Counted from the stretch's first letter, positions 32,415 through 43,172 are shown. The stretch: 64,000 nt of DNA from Cenarchaeum sp. (GCA_965206845.1 OZ242221.1:64001-128000), one strand, 5' to 3'. The notes: generated by a model not told the origin, from the letters alone. A program made the numbers and translations.

Positions 32415-32562
32415 AGGGCAACCGTAGTAACCGCCCTGTTGGACCTGAGAGTCGATGAGACCCTGCCACGTATGAGGGCGTTACTCAGACTGACTCAAGG
32501 TATGCGGATAGTGAAATACCGCTTTGACGGTAAATGGGAGTTTTCCGCTGGTCGGGTCCACT
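32415..32562 (+). ncRNA. Predicted bridge RNA of IS110 element 2
   Basis: 5' stem AGGGC/GCCCT; outer stem UGGACCUGA/UCGGGUCCA; loop 1 closed by GAGUC/GACUC; loop 2 closed by GCGGA/UCCGC with hairpin UACCG/CGGUA; four guide segments match the junctions. Confidence 0.82.
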
Positions 32563-32584
32563 TTACTGCAAAGGAGGTGAGAGA

Positions 32585-33658
32585 ATGTATTACATTGGAA
32601 TAGACGTTCACAGAAAGAAGTGCGTTACAACGATCAAGGAAGACAGCAAGCGGGTGCTGAAACGCACCTCGTTTGACAACGACACCACCGGAATAAACGG
32701 GTTCATCGGGATGCTCCGCAGTGACGGGTACCTGCCGGCCACTGCGGCCTGCGAATCGACCGGCAACTATTGGATCGTCCTGCACGACACGCTGGAGGCG
32801 GCGGGCATCGACACCCTGCTGGCGCACCCGTACCACCTCAAGATAATCACCCAGACCGCCTACAAGAACGACAAGGCCGACTCGGAGAAGCTGGCCGAGT
32901 TGTGCAGGCATGACATGATCCCGGAGTCGTTTGTGGTAAATGCCGCCCAGCGCGACATGCGCGAGCTGACCCGCAGCCGCCTTGGACTGGTGGGCGACAC
33001 GGTAGCGCCCAGAAACCGCATCCACGCGATCGTTGCCAGGTATTCCTACAAGCGTCCCAGCTGCGGACTGTTCACAGGCGGCGGTCTGGAGTGGCTGCAG
33101 AGCCTGTCCCTGAGCGAGACCGACCGTCTGGGGGTGGACACCCACCTGGCCAAGCTGGTCTTCCTGCGGGGGCGGATCGCCAGGTACGAAAGGAGGATAG
33201 CCGAGATCGCCCGGAACGACCCGCGGGCGCGGCTCATCATGATCATCCCCGGAATAGGCTACATTACGGCGGTAACCATACTGGCCGAGATCGTCGACCA
33301 CGGGCGCTTTGCCAACGCAGAAAAGCTGGTCTCCTACGCCGGACTGTCGCCGAGGCACCACAACAGCGGGGATACTGTCAGGACGGGCGGCATAACAAAG
33401 CGCGGCTCCGTCTGGCTGCGCACCGCCATGGTCGAGGCCGCCTTCACCGCCATCAGGCACGACGCCCGGATAGGGGCGCGCTACCACAAGCTGGCAGCCC
33501 GCATAGGGACCATGAAGGCAAGGGTGGCCACGGCCAGGGTCATGCTAGAATGGGTCTGGGAGATGCTGAACAGCGGCACCGAGTACAGGGGAATAGACAG
33601 AAAACTCGTCAGGCGGAAAATGCAGATGACAAGGTGTATCGCCGAGTCCCAGGCGTAA
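32585..33658 (+). CDS. IS110-family DEDD recombinase/transposase, intact
   Basis: YIGIDVH, ACESTG, KNDKADS, IPGIG, YAGL.P.HHNSG; SD AAGGAGGTGA. Confidence 0.95.
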   Translation: MYYIGIDVHRKKCVTTIKEDSKRVLKRTSFDNDTTGINGFIGMLRSDGYLPATAACESTGNYWIVLHDTLEAAGIDTLLAHPYHLKIITQTAYKNDKADSEKLAELCRHDMIPESFVVNAAQRDMRELTRSRLGLVGDTVAPRNRIHAIVARYSYKRPSCGLFTGGGLEWLQSLSLSETDRLGVDTHLAKLVFLRGRIARYERRIAEIARNDPRARLIMIIPGIGYITAVTILAEIVDHGRFANAEKLVSYAGLSPRHHNSGDTVRTGGITKRGSVWLRTAMVEAAFTAIRHDARIGARYHKLAARIGTMKARVATARVMLEWVWEMLNSGTEYRGIDRKLVRRKMQMTRCIAESQA

Positions 33659-34314
33659 CGCCAGGCACTTCCGTCCGGGGGCGTTTCGCCGCCCCTGCAC
33701 AGGCGAGGGGCGGCTCAACGCCCCTTCCGTTCCCTCTGGCTGCCAAAAACAGTGTTGGCAGTAGCCGTCCGGCGCGCGCCGCCCGGCGCGGCAGCCGCCG
33801 GCACACTGGAACTTCCCGGATTTTTAACCGCCTTCCCGCCGCGGCCCGGCGGGGCAACTGCGGCTCCCGTGTAGGGGGTAGCCAGCGCAGGCTGCGCGCC
33901 ATCCGGCGATCCCGTCCGGGACAGGACAGGTTCCGCTCCGAGACGGGCCCGAATATTTAAAAAACCGGCCGGCTAACCTGCAACTGGACTGAACCAGACG
34001 CATTGCCAACACATGACATCTGCGGGCGCAGACGCCCGTAACACATGGGAGTCTCATGTGCCCGTCTGTCATATGGAGGCTAGACGAGAATCGACAGGAA
34101 ATTCGAACCCACGGGCTGGCGGACTCGAGAATGTGCCAAGCGTGTGTTTACGTTGCCAGAACCCGTAAGCGTTCACGCCCCCCATTAATTCACGACTAGC
34201 TGCCACTATGCAGACACGCCCATAGGCACGGATCGGTAGTGGACGTGAACGCCTATGCCAGAACCCGACCCTGCAGTCCGAAAAATACATTTTACGCGTC
34301 TCTGACCGTTCTGT

Positions 34315-34800
34315 ATGCCACATGCCATTACCGCGAAGAACTATCCCGAGTTCCTCCTTCAGTACGCGGACAAAAAGTACTTCCTCGATCTGGTGGATGC
34401 CATGCTTGAATGCCCGTACCGTCTGGGGTTCGACAACGCAAATTATGCAGACACCCAATCCGCGGTCTGGGCCACCCACGCATGGGTCAATCCTAAGACC
34501 GGAACCACGATACTTGAAGAGTTCATAGAAAGACACGTGACGGACAGCAGGGTTGCCGCCAAGATTCTCCAAGCAAAGAATCTCATTCATGACAGGTTCG
34601 AGGTACTCAAGAACAACGGCAACAGGGTCGTTACGGCAAGAGCCGGCGGAAGCGGTGCCACATACAGGATCGCAATGGGTTCTGGGATGGCATACGCGCT
34701 TGATAAGGGATCTGCATTTATCGGGCTGATACACCCATGGGGGGCAGACGGAACGCACAAGGCAGCCGGGTTATGGATGATTGTGAGACCGGACAAGTGA
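34315..34800 (+). CDS. Hypothetical protein, single-domain paralog of the 31194-32246 N-terminus
   Basis: NYPEFL/NFPQVF, TGTT.LE.F, VTARA...GATYRI/GTLYRI, FIG/FVG align. Confidence 0.72.
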   Translation: MPHAITAKNYPEFLLQYADKKYFLDLVDAMLECPYRLGFDNANYADTQSAVWATHAWVNPKTGTTILEEFIERHVTDSRVAAKILQAKNLIHDRFEVLKNNGNRVVTARAGGSGATYRIAMGSGMAYALDKGSAFIGLIHPWGADGTHKAAGLWMIVRPDK

Positions 34801-35131
34801 TCCTGGGATCTGATTTGCAATTAGCACCCAGACACAAGATGTACGCGATTTCCAAACCGATCACGCATGGTTTTGCTTATTGTGGATCACGTCTCTGACA
34901 GGCGGCAGACCGTCACCGGACCACAGGCGACGCACCGCCGCGATCCCCCGCGCAGCAGGCCGGGACGCGCCAGCCCTCCTCCACCCCCCCACGGATGGCC
35001 GGTTTTGGGAGTCCCTGTAGGCAGATGCGACGCAGTTCTGCCCATGCGCGCGATCCCCCGCATGCCATGCAACCGATCCCTGAAACGGGTACCCGTTGGG
35101 GAAGAGGATCCGAATGCATGCTGCAAGAACG

Positions 35132-36340
35132 GAGGTTGGTGCGTAATTCTCCGAACCGCCTAGACCCGTCCGATACGTTCAATGATCCGCGATCTCCCGC
35201 ACGCGGCAATGAGCGAACACAACAGACGGGAAGGGTACTGGCAGTATTATGAGCTGGCAAAGGAAGTCGAGGCGCCTAGTCTGAAGAAGGAGCTGATCGA
35301 GATAATCCGGGAGAACCCTTGCCCGCGCCGAGAAAACGGCAACAGGGGTCGTCCCCCGGTTCACTCCAAGGAGAAACTGGACTTTGCCTGTCTGCTGATG
35401 ATGGCAGGCAACAACACCTATCGCGGAGTCGAATCGGATCTGCGGGGCATGCGGACACCATGGGACAACGAGCCCGTCCCGGACCATACCACACTGGTCA
35501 GGCACCTCCAGACGATACCGGCAGACTGGCTCGATCTGATCGTGGCCGAGACGGCCCGCCGTTGCATCAAGGAGGCGGACGAGGCGACGGGTCCGCTGGG
35601 CGCCGACAGCAGCGCGGCGGAGACCACTAGGTACGAATACGTCGAGAGGCCGAGCAGGGAGGAGCGCGACTTTGTCGAGACACGCCAAAAGACCTACTGG
35701 AAATACCACATAACGGCCATCTTGGGCCTGCAGATCGTGCTGGCGGCGTTTACCACGCCCGGCAACATCAACGACACGACCATGCTTCCAGTCATGCTGG
35801 CTGAGATCAGGCGCCGCGGGTTTGACTTTGCGGGGAACTTCTTTGACGGGGACAAGGGGTACGACTCTGACTACAACTGCGAGCTGCTGTTCTGGATGGG
35901 CATGATCCCCAACATCAGGCAACGGAAGGATGCCGTCAACCGTGGCAAGCCACACAGGAGGAAGGCGGCCGGCATGTTCAGCGATAGCGAGTACAGAAAG
36001 AGGGCCCTGATAGAGGACATCTTCGGGGCCGAGGAGACCCGGCGGCACCAGCTGCACTGCCGGTTCGTCCGGAAGGACAACCGGCGCCTGTTCGCCAAGG
36101 GAAGGGCGATCGCCTGGAACATCCGGGTCCTCAACCGGTTCGAGTGCGCCAACCGGCTAAACATACCAATACCCTCCTACGGTGGCGTGGCGCACGCGGA
36201 GTGCGCCTGATGATCCGACCCGTCAGTAGCTGATCACGGCGTGCGGGCAACAAAAGCTCGACACGCACCAAAGCACCGCCGGTGAAAACGCGGCGGGAGA
36301 CGCACATAAGCAGGACGGAGCAGAATTACGCACCAACCCC
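35132..36340 (+). mobile_element. Complete IS (IS5/IS4-like DDE) with ~19-bp TIRs and 9-bp TSD
   Basis: GAGGTTGGTGCGTAATTCT ... AGAATTACGCACCAACCCC; GCAAGAACG at 35123-31 and 36341-49. Confidence 0.93.
35182..36210 (+). CDS. DDE transposase (IS5-like)
   Basis: VPDHTTL, GADSS, KYH, GDKGYD, YRKRALIE. Confidence 0.9.
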   Translation: MIRDLPHAAMSEHNRREGYWQYYELAKEVEAPSLKKELIEIIRENPCPRRENGNRGRPPVHSKEKLDFACLLMMAGNNTYRGVESDLRGMRTPWDNEPVPDHTTLVRHLQTIPADWLDLIVAETARRCIKEADEATGPLGADSSAAETTRYEYVERPSREERDFVETRQKTYWKYHITAILGLQIVLAAFTTPGNINDTTMLPVMLAEIRRRGFDFAGNFFDGDKGYDSDYNCELLFWMGMIPNIRQRKDAVNRGKPHRRKAAGMFSDSEYRKRALIEDIFGAEETRRHQLHCRFVRKDNRRLFAKGRAIAWNIRVLNRFECANRLNIPIPSYGGVAHAECA

Positions 36341-36472
36341 GCAAGAACGGTAAAAAATTTGAAGGTCTGGCGCCGGCACGGAGCCGCGTGGCGGCCATGA
36401 TGCCCGGAGTGTCCCTGCCTGCCGGAAGTGATCCTATCGCATGCCAGAGCCGGGAACCGGGTTTACGCCCGC

Positions 36473-38107
36473 CTAGACGGACTTAAGCTCCTCTAGAAGC
36501 GAGGGGCGCCTGCGGAACTCTTCCTTTAGGGATGCCAGGAACTCTTCAAACCCTTGCTCGTGTCCCGGAACCGACTTCATCTTCCTTAGGTGTTCGCCGA
36601 ACCTCTTGTAGTGCTTCTTGGCCCTGCCCACGTCGGTCTCTTCCACAAGATCCTTGTATGCCGTGTGGTACTTTGCCGGATACCTCTCGCACAGGTCGCC
36701 GTGGTACGCCTCAAGCAGATCGAGATTCTTGGATGCCACGACCTCGGAGATCGCCCTGTCGTACTTGCCCTCCCTGAGCAGCACGGCGACTAGGGCCGCG
36801 GCGTTTCTGCGGCGCCTGAGGCTCTGGATCACCGACTCGAGCGTCTCCTGTCGGTTGCCGGACGACTCCATGAGTGCGTCATAGTACCGCCACTCCAGCG
36901 TGTCACATAACAGGCCCTCTAGCAGCTCCGAGCGCCTAGGATCCGCGTCTCCGTACAACCAGACCGCGGCATCCCTGATCATCACGTATGGGAAGAGCCT
37001 CATTCCCTCCTCTGCGACCTGTAGCGCCTTGCTGGGATCCGACCTCTTCAGGTGATTGATGTAACCCAGGCACACGTCCGGATCGCTGCGGTAGTGCTTC
37101 AGATAGGCGCCGTCCAAGGAATCGTCTTCCAGCCCCTCCAGAAGGTGCACCTGCATGTTCACCAGCTTTGCAGCCGCATAGTCCTCGTTGCCGCGTATCC
37201 TGTCTGGCAGGATTGGCTCCAGTAGACTCTTCCAGTGCTCGAGATCCTGCCTGTCCGTACATATGCCCTCAAGGGCATCCTGGTAGCACTCCTCAAACTC
37301 CGGGGGATCGAAGCTCACCGCCCTCTCAAACAGGTACGATATGTGCACGCGCTTCTGCTGGTGTTCAAGACTCTGTCCGTTTATGCAATCAGTCATCCCA
37401 CGCACGGCCTTGAAGAAGTAGCGGTCGTAGCGTCCGCTGGAATCATATATGCGCTCCATGTTAGCGGCCACGACCTCAGATATGTCAGTGTATATCCGGA
37501 CGGCCTCGTCAAGACTGCCTCCCTTCTCCTTCATTCTGGCCGCGTCGAAGAACTCGCCCAAGTTTACCCTGGCCTCATACACGTCGGTACTGTACGCCCG
37601 GCTGTATGCCGCATCCATCTCCTCCCGGTAGTTGCGGCGGGTGTCCGCTCCAAAATAGGCCATAAACTGCTTCCGCAGGTTCTTGTCGCGCGCCATCGCG
37701 GACTCCAAGAATTCCCTCAGCTCTGCATGAGATGCGCCGTTGAGGACGCCTTTGATGCCCACTTTCTTCCCGGTTCCGCCCCTAGGAAGACCCGCAAGGT
37801 TCTCGGACGCATACAGCAGGACGGCGACAATGTGTTCACAAATGCCCGCCCCGTCGTACCTGCACGTGCAGTCGTGCCGCGGGTTGCCAAGAAGCAGAGA
37901 TGCCTTCACGCGGTACTTTTCGGTCTCGACGACATGCGCAGTTATGAAGCCGTTGCTGACTCTGACCGATTTTACCATGCCCTGCTTGTAGTATTCCTGC
38001 CCCCTTACGAATACGGCCTCTGTGCACATGCCACTTATCCTCTGCGCTGTGGGCTTGCCGATGATCGTGATCCGGACGGGGGACTGCCCGGGCTTGCGGG
38101 CGCCCAT
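36473..38107 (-). CDS. SWIM zinc-finger protein, paralog of 29167-30909
   Basis: FVRGQEYYKQG.V, CTCRYDGAGICEH, MKSVPGHE, FRRRPSLLEEL. Confidence 0.87.
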   Translation of the reverse strand: MGARKPGQSPVRITIIGKPTAQRISGMCTEAVFVRGQEYYKQGMVKSVRVSNGFITAHVVETEKYRVKASLLLGNPRHDCTCRYDGAGICEHIVAVLLYASENLAGLPRGGTGKKVGIKGVLNGASHAELREFLESAMARDKNLRKQFMAYFGADTRRNYREEMDAAYSRAYSTDVYEARVNLGEFFDAARMKEKGGSLDEAVRIYTDISEVVAANMERIYDSSGRYDRYFFKAVRGMTDCINGQSLEHQQKRVHISYLFERAVSFDPPEFEECYQDALEGICTDRQDLEHWKSLLEPILPDRIRGNEDYAAAKLVNMQVHLLEGLEDDSLDGAYLKHYRSDPDVCLGYINHLKRSDPSKALQVAEEGMRLFPYVMIRDAAVWLYGDADPRRSELLEGLLCDTLEWRYYDALMESSGNRQETLESVIQSLRRRRNAAALVAVLLREGKYDRAISEVVASKNLDLLEAYHGDLCERYPAKYHTAYKDLVEETDVGRAKKHYKRFGEHLRKMKSVPGHEQGFEEFLASLKEEFRRRPSLLEELKSV

Positions 38108-38150
38108 GTCTTGTAGTTTCCTGCATGGTTTTTATGCTTTGGGAATCCGA

Positions 38151-38806
38151 AACTCTGTTTCCTAATTATTTCCAGTCATGCCTAACGGTTCCAAAACCAG
38201 GTCAGATTAGGCAATGCCAACTGAATTTGAGCTTCACATCAGGCATTTTCAACAAGAAGCCATATTGATCAGAGAGGTGCGCCGGTAGTCAGGCCACCAA
38301 ACATGACCACAAACACCTCCTCTCCGAATACACCTGACCCACATAATACTAAAAAATCTTCCAATTCGAAAAAATGCAGGTTCCAGTACGATGACCGCAA
38401 GTACATAGACCGTGGCCAGCTGTACGTGCTTCAGATAAGCATGGCGATCCTAAAGCAGGGCCTGGAGGAGCTAAATCATGGAAAGGTCGGCCGTCCGTTT
38501 GGCTTTTCAAACGCATGCTTTGCGGCAGCATCCCTGTTCAGAAACGCCACGGGCATAAAGTACAGGCAGCTGCAGGGCCTGGCAGAGGCAATCGTCAGCA
38601 AGGTAAATGCGCCCACATACTCGGCATTCCAGAAGAGGATGACAAAACTCGACTGCACTTTTGATGAGAAAGGCAGTGGCAATACGGCTGCCGCATGGTT
38701 CTCAGACGGCAACACGAGAACCGAGATAAGCCTGTTTGCCTTTGACTCCACCGGGCTCAAGCCTACAAACCGCGGTGACTGGATGACAGCAAAGTGGGGC
38801 ACGAGG
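38151..38806 (+). mobile_element. 5' half of a copy of the 58469-59831 IS (truncated transposase 38303-38806)
   Basis: Begins with TIR AACTCTGTTTCCTAATTAT; protein near-identical up to KWGTR, where another IS end begins. Confidence 0.93.
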
Positions 38807-40035
38807 GGCTGTGTCCTAGAGATATAACCCCACAATCATCCGCCGTCGTCGCGTCGGTACAGGTATTCTTCGAATTCTTGGGATTGTGGCATTTTTCACA
38901 TACCGCCGGCTTCAAATGTTGTCCGAAACTGTAAAATCCCATCCGATCCAAGGGATGGTGCGCAGGCTCCCCCACGGACGGCGCGGAGGTCACCGCGCCA
39001 GTCAGGCAGCCATTGCAGTGAGCGACTCGTGCGTGAGCCTGCTGCTTTTTACGTGCGATCGCGCGACCACCTCGATGTTGTAGCAGATGACCCGGATTGC
39101 TATCTCCCGGCTCTGCCTGGCGCGCCTGCGACTCCTGAGGTGGTTCCCATACATTCTCTTGATTGCCCAAAGACGGCCTTGATGATGCTGCGCTGGTGGT
39201 ACTCGTCCATGAACCGGTCCAGCTCGTTCCTATGCGTACGGATCATGCCGCCCCAGGCCTGGCTGCCCTCGTTCCTGCAGACGGTGTTGGACTTGGGCCG
39301 GATGCGCGGTACCAAGTCCTTGGCAGCTATCACGTCGCAGATCTTCCTGGTCAGGTAAGTCGAGTCCAGGCAGAAATCGGCGCCTTCTTCGATCCTGTCC
39401 GGCATCGGCCACATTCTGGAGATGTCGGAGGTATACCCGTCGGTGACTAGGTAGTCCAGGATTGCCCTGGTGGAGACGTCGACGATGCTGTGCATCTTGA
39501 CCCAGCCGCGCTTGAGCCTGACCTGGTCGTGGCGGATGCTGAACCACCTGACAAACCTGTTGCTGGAGTAGTCGGTGCTGTCCCCGGCCAGATAGCCAGC
39601 CACCACGATATCGCCGATGACCCTCGCGCGGACCGCCCGCAGGTACTGCTCGGGGATCATGCCGTAGGCACGCCAGATGGTGCTCTTGGAGGGTATCCTG
39701 GGTAGTCCGATCCTGCGGACGATATCCGGATGCATCCTGAGGTGGCCCACCATCTTCCGGTATGTCCTCAGCTCTGCCTCCATCAGGATGCAGACTATCG
39801 CCATGGCTCTTGGGGGATAGGCGGTCATGCCGCCCAGTCCGGGTTTGGCTTGGTATGGGTCGCCCAGATCCTCGACTATCTTCAGTATCGTGTTCAGTAT
39901 GAGGCCCGGCAGATGTTGCTGTACCAACTCGTACGGTTGCTGATCGCGTTTTCTTTTTTTCATTGGGCCGGGCCGCGATCATCCGATCATTATGCCTTGC
40001 GATTTTGAGGGAGTATATGTCCGTGGGACACAGCC
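38807..40035 (-). mobile_element. IS5-like element with frameshifted transposase (39002-39963)
   Basis: TIRs GGCTGTGTCCTAGAGATATA and TATATGTCCGTGGGACACAGCC; GDST, KMH, YHQRSIIK; 1-nt loss near 39167, C-terminus continues AIKRMYG...CYNIE; no TSD. Confidence 0.85.
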
Positions 40036-40119
40036 TTCTTTGCTTTATTGTACGGCAATTATGTCCGCCTAAGATCAGGCGTAGCGTAAAGGATTACTTT
40101 GCCATTTACCGATCAAGAA

Positions 40120-40536
40120 AAGTAGTAAAACGACTGACGGCGGATGCCATACGATACGCGATAAGACAGCGTAAGAATGGCAAAAGCGCGCCCACGATAG
40201 CATCAGAACTGGGTGTGACTCCCAGACATGTCAGGAGGCTGTGGGTCTGGTTCTGCAGGACGGGCACCCCGCATGTGCTGCGTCGCCCAGGAAGGAAGCC
40301 AGTGCAGCCCATCACGGACGAGATACGGATGGTGCTTGGGGGAACACAAGTGGGAGCCGGTCGGCGTGCCGCGCATGGCGAGGCGCCTGCGGAAAGACCA
40401 CGTTATGAGCTACAACAGCATATGCCGGATAATGAAGGTGAACGGACTGGTGACCCCGTCGGCTGCAAAGTCCAGGAAGAGAAAGTGGGTACGCTACGAG
40501 AGGAGGCATTCTAACTCCATGTGGCATACGGACTGA
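40120..40536 (+). pseudogene. IS481-like transposase N-terminal remnant
   Basis: HTH IASELGVTPRHVRRLW, then RYERRHSNSMWHTD in a shifted frame; cut by the next element. Confidence 0.75.
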
Positions 40537-41871
40537 CGCATAGTCAAGGCCATAAAGATCCGCTCATTTTCCAAGAGAAGCATTCCAAAAATCAAGCACG
40601 GTAAGGATTCGTGATTATGGCATGTGGGCATGCCGTCCACGAGGTTGGCATGAGGCGGTTTGGAGTCACGGGCACATGTTGCCGTGGGGGTTTGGTTCGC
40701 CGTTCAATGAGCGAGGTATTTCATCAGCCTGACTGGCCTCATCTGGCCCGAACCGATCAGGTCTGTTATTGCACCGACAAGGCCGTCTGTCGATTCGAAG
40801 TACTTTCTCGCAAGCATTTCCTTGAGCACCCTCCACTGGATCTCGATTGGGTTGAGTTGTGGGGTGTATGGCGGGAGGCAGGCCAGCTTGATCTCACCGC
40901 AGGTGGACTTGACGAACTCGTTTACCGCCCTGTACCTGTGGTATGATGTGTTGTCCAAGAGTATGACTAGCCGACCGTATTCTTGGCGCAACTCCTTGAG
41001 AAATTCCATGAACGTCTCGGAGTTCGTGCGCTGCACGGCCTTTACGTGGATCCTGTCTCGTCCAAGCGCCCCGAACAGCCTGATTGCCTTGGTGGAGAAC
41101 CCGGTGTGCACCTCGTCGCGGCCCTTGGCCTGGCGCCACCCGTATCCTGGCGATGTCCCGCGCATGACGCTTGACTCGTTCACTGCCAGCACCGCGTACC
41201 CGTGCCCGGACACGTACAGGATCGTCCTTTTCACACTTTTCTTGAACATGTCCTGCTCTTCTGCAGGGGCGGTCTTGCGCGGCACCGGCCTAGGCCTGGA
41301 GTACGAAAGGCCGAGGCGGCGCAAGATCCTCCGCAGCGTGCGGGGTCTGGCGTGCCTGCCGGTCTCCCCCCTGATCATCTCGTTTACCATGTCCAGACGC
41401 CACGACGCCGGCCCGAACCCGTACCTCGAGGGATCCCTGCGCGCCCGCCCCGTTATCTTCTTGAGCGTCTGCGGACTCGGGATCTTCTTCCTTCCGGTCG
41501 ACTTCCGATCAAACCTTCCGCCCAGGCCGCGCCATCCGGACGAGCCAGCCGCGAATGGTGGAGTACGGCCTCATCAGTTCGCGTGCGATGAACCATACCC
41601 CATTGCTCCCCTTGCGCTTGCAGCAGGCGACCGGGATGTCTCTGGCCTTGCCGGGAGAAGACCTTTTGATCATGCGGCAAAGAGCCCTCCTGCTCGTGCC
41701 GGGAAGAAACCTGCCTCCCTTTGGAAACCTTGCCCCATTGCGAACCGGCGCGCGTGAAAGTGTCATGCGGGCGCGGGATATGTGCCCGGATCAAAATCTT
41801 TCGGCTAATGGACACGGGCATCTAAAAATTCAGATGGCAAATTAGCGAAACATTTTGGCCTCGACTATGCG
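40537..41871 (-). mobile_element. IS630-family element with disrupted transposase
   Basis: TIRs CGCATAGTCAAGGCCA / TGGCCTCGACTATGCG; LDNTSYH, LPPYTPQLNPIE..W; first catalytic D reads N (AVNES); frameshift near 41520. Confidence 0.85.
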
Positions 41872-41962
41872 TACTGAAGAACATACAATAGATTTTATGC
41901 GCAGTTCCCCCCAAACCTCATACCAATAGGTTTAGATCAGGCATGATCGTGCCACACACCAA

Positions 41963-43172
41963 ATGCAGAATTTGCCTGATCAAACCATACGCAAGCTGCA
42001 ACAAGAAATTAAAAAACTAAAAAAGATTCTGAAGCAAAAAGACGAGGAGTTAAACCTTGAGCGCCTTCTGTGGAAAAGCAGGGAATCCGGTTGGAATCCA
42101 AGTACCGGTACGGACCTGCACAGGATCGAGGTGTTTGACGGCGTCATATCAGACGAGTCCGGCCTGCGCTCTGCGACACTGCAGCAGGGAGGAGTTCAGA
42201 TGTGTTTTGGAGCGTGCAGAGACGTGCGCGACTGCTTCCGGTGACATGCCGCTGTTTCGCGACGACGAATCCAGGGCGTCTGATCCCGGAAACCGGTGCA
42301 AGCTGCGCTCCAAGCACGCCCTGTTCATGTCATCCATACGCAAAAAGGACAACCCCGCGCAGGGCACGCTGTAGACAATGTTTGGGGTCGACCAGACCAG
42401 CGTGTGCAGGTATCTCAAGGTTATGGACAGGACACTAGCAGTGGTGCTTCCCACGGCCAAGAACGTCTCAGAAGAGATAGCCGCGTGCGAGACCAGGGAG
42501 GAATTCAAGGGAACTGTGCCCGGGTCGGACGGGGGAGACATCATCGCAGACGGTATGCACTGCCCGGTGCAGCGCCCGTCGGAGAAGACTGTCAGGCGCA
42601 TGATGTACTCGGGAAAGAAGAAACGGTTCACCTACAACACCACCGTCTTTACCAATACCGACAGGGTGATAATCGGGATGCCGAGGAGCTCCGTGGGCTC
42701 CACCGGCGACATCACGCTGCTCAGGGAGGATCCTATGCCGTTTGGCAAATGGGCCGAATCCATGCATGACGGCTCCACACCGGAAGAAGACAGGATCCGC
42801 GTCTGAGTCGACCGGGGATACCAGGGAACCGACAAGGATCTGCCCGGCATGATGCTCATGATACCCCACAAGAAAACCAAGAACCGCCGGATCCTGACTG
42901 CCGAGCAGAAGGAGCACAACCACCGAGTCAACTCCACCAGGATGCGCGTGGAGCACTCCATCGGAAGGCTCAAGCGCTACGCGCGCCTGGCGGACCCGTA
43001 CGACGGTGCCATGGGCCAGTCCAACCATGAATTTAACGCGATTACGGGACTGGTGAGCCTGCACCTGCTCTTGGATAGGATCGACAAGGGCCCGCCGTCA
43101 TCTGGCATGTGGGGGACGTCGGTTGACTGGAACGTGGCTGTCTCCCCCCCTGCAAGCAGCGCCCCGTTCTGA
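41963..43172 (+). pseudogene. DDE_Tnp_4 (ISL2/Harbinger-like) transposase pseudogene
   Basis: FGVDQTSV, IADGMHCPVQRP, YSGKKKR, DRGYQG, RMRVEHSIGRLK; in-frame stops at 42372 and 42804 plus a frameshift. Confidence 0.85.

Larger units (their letters stand above)
32393..34050 (+). mobile_element. IS110-family element 2, ends defined by a repeated GA core
   Basis: tcaGAcactatgtgtt (GA 32393-4) ... aacacatggGAgtctcat (GA 34049-50); ATGTGTT/AACACAT sub-terminal inverted repeat; junctions match the ncRNA guides. Confidence 0.82.

Noticed and set aside
34093-34115. GGAAATTCGAACCCACGG, a tRNA T-arm-like word
   Set aside because: The T stem does not pair and no cloverleaf is evident
17957-38151. Composite transposon formed by two inverted IS left ends
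   Set aside because: No shared target duplication at the flanks; both copies are truncated
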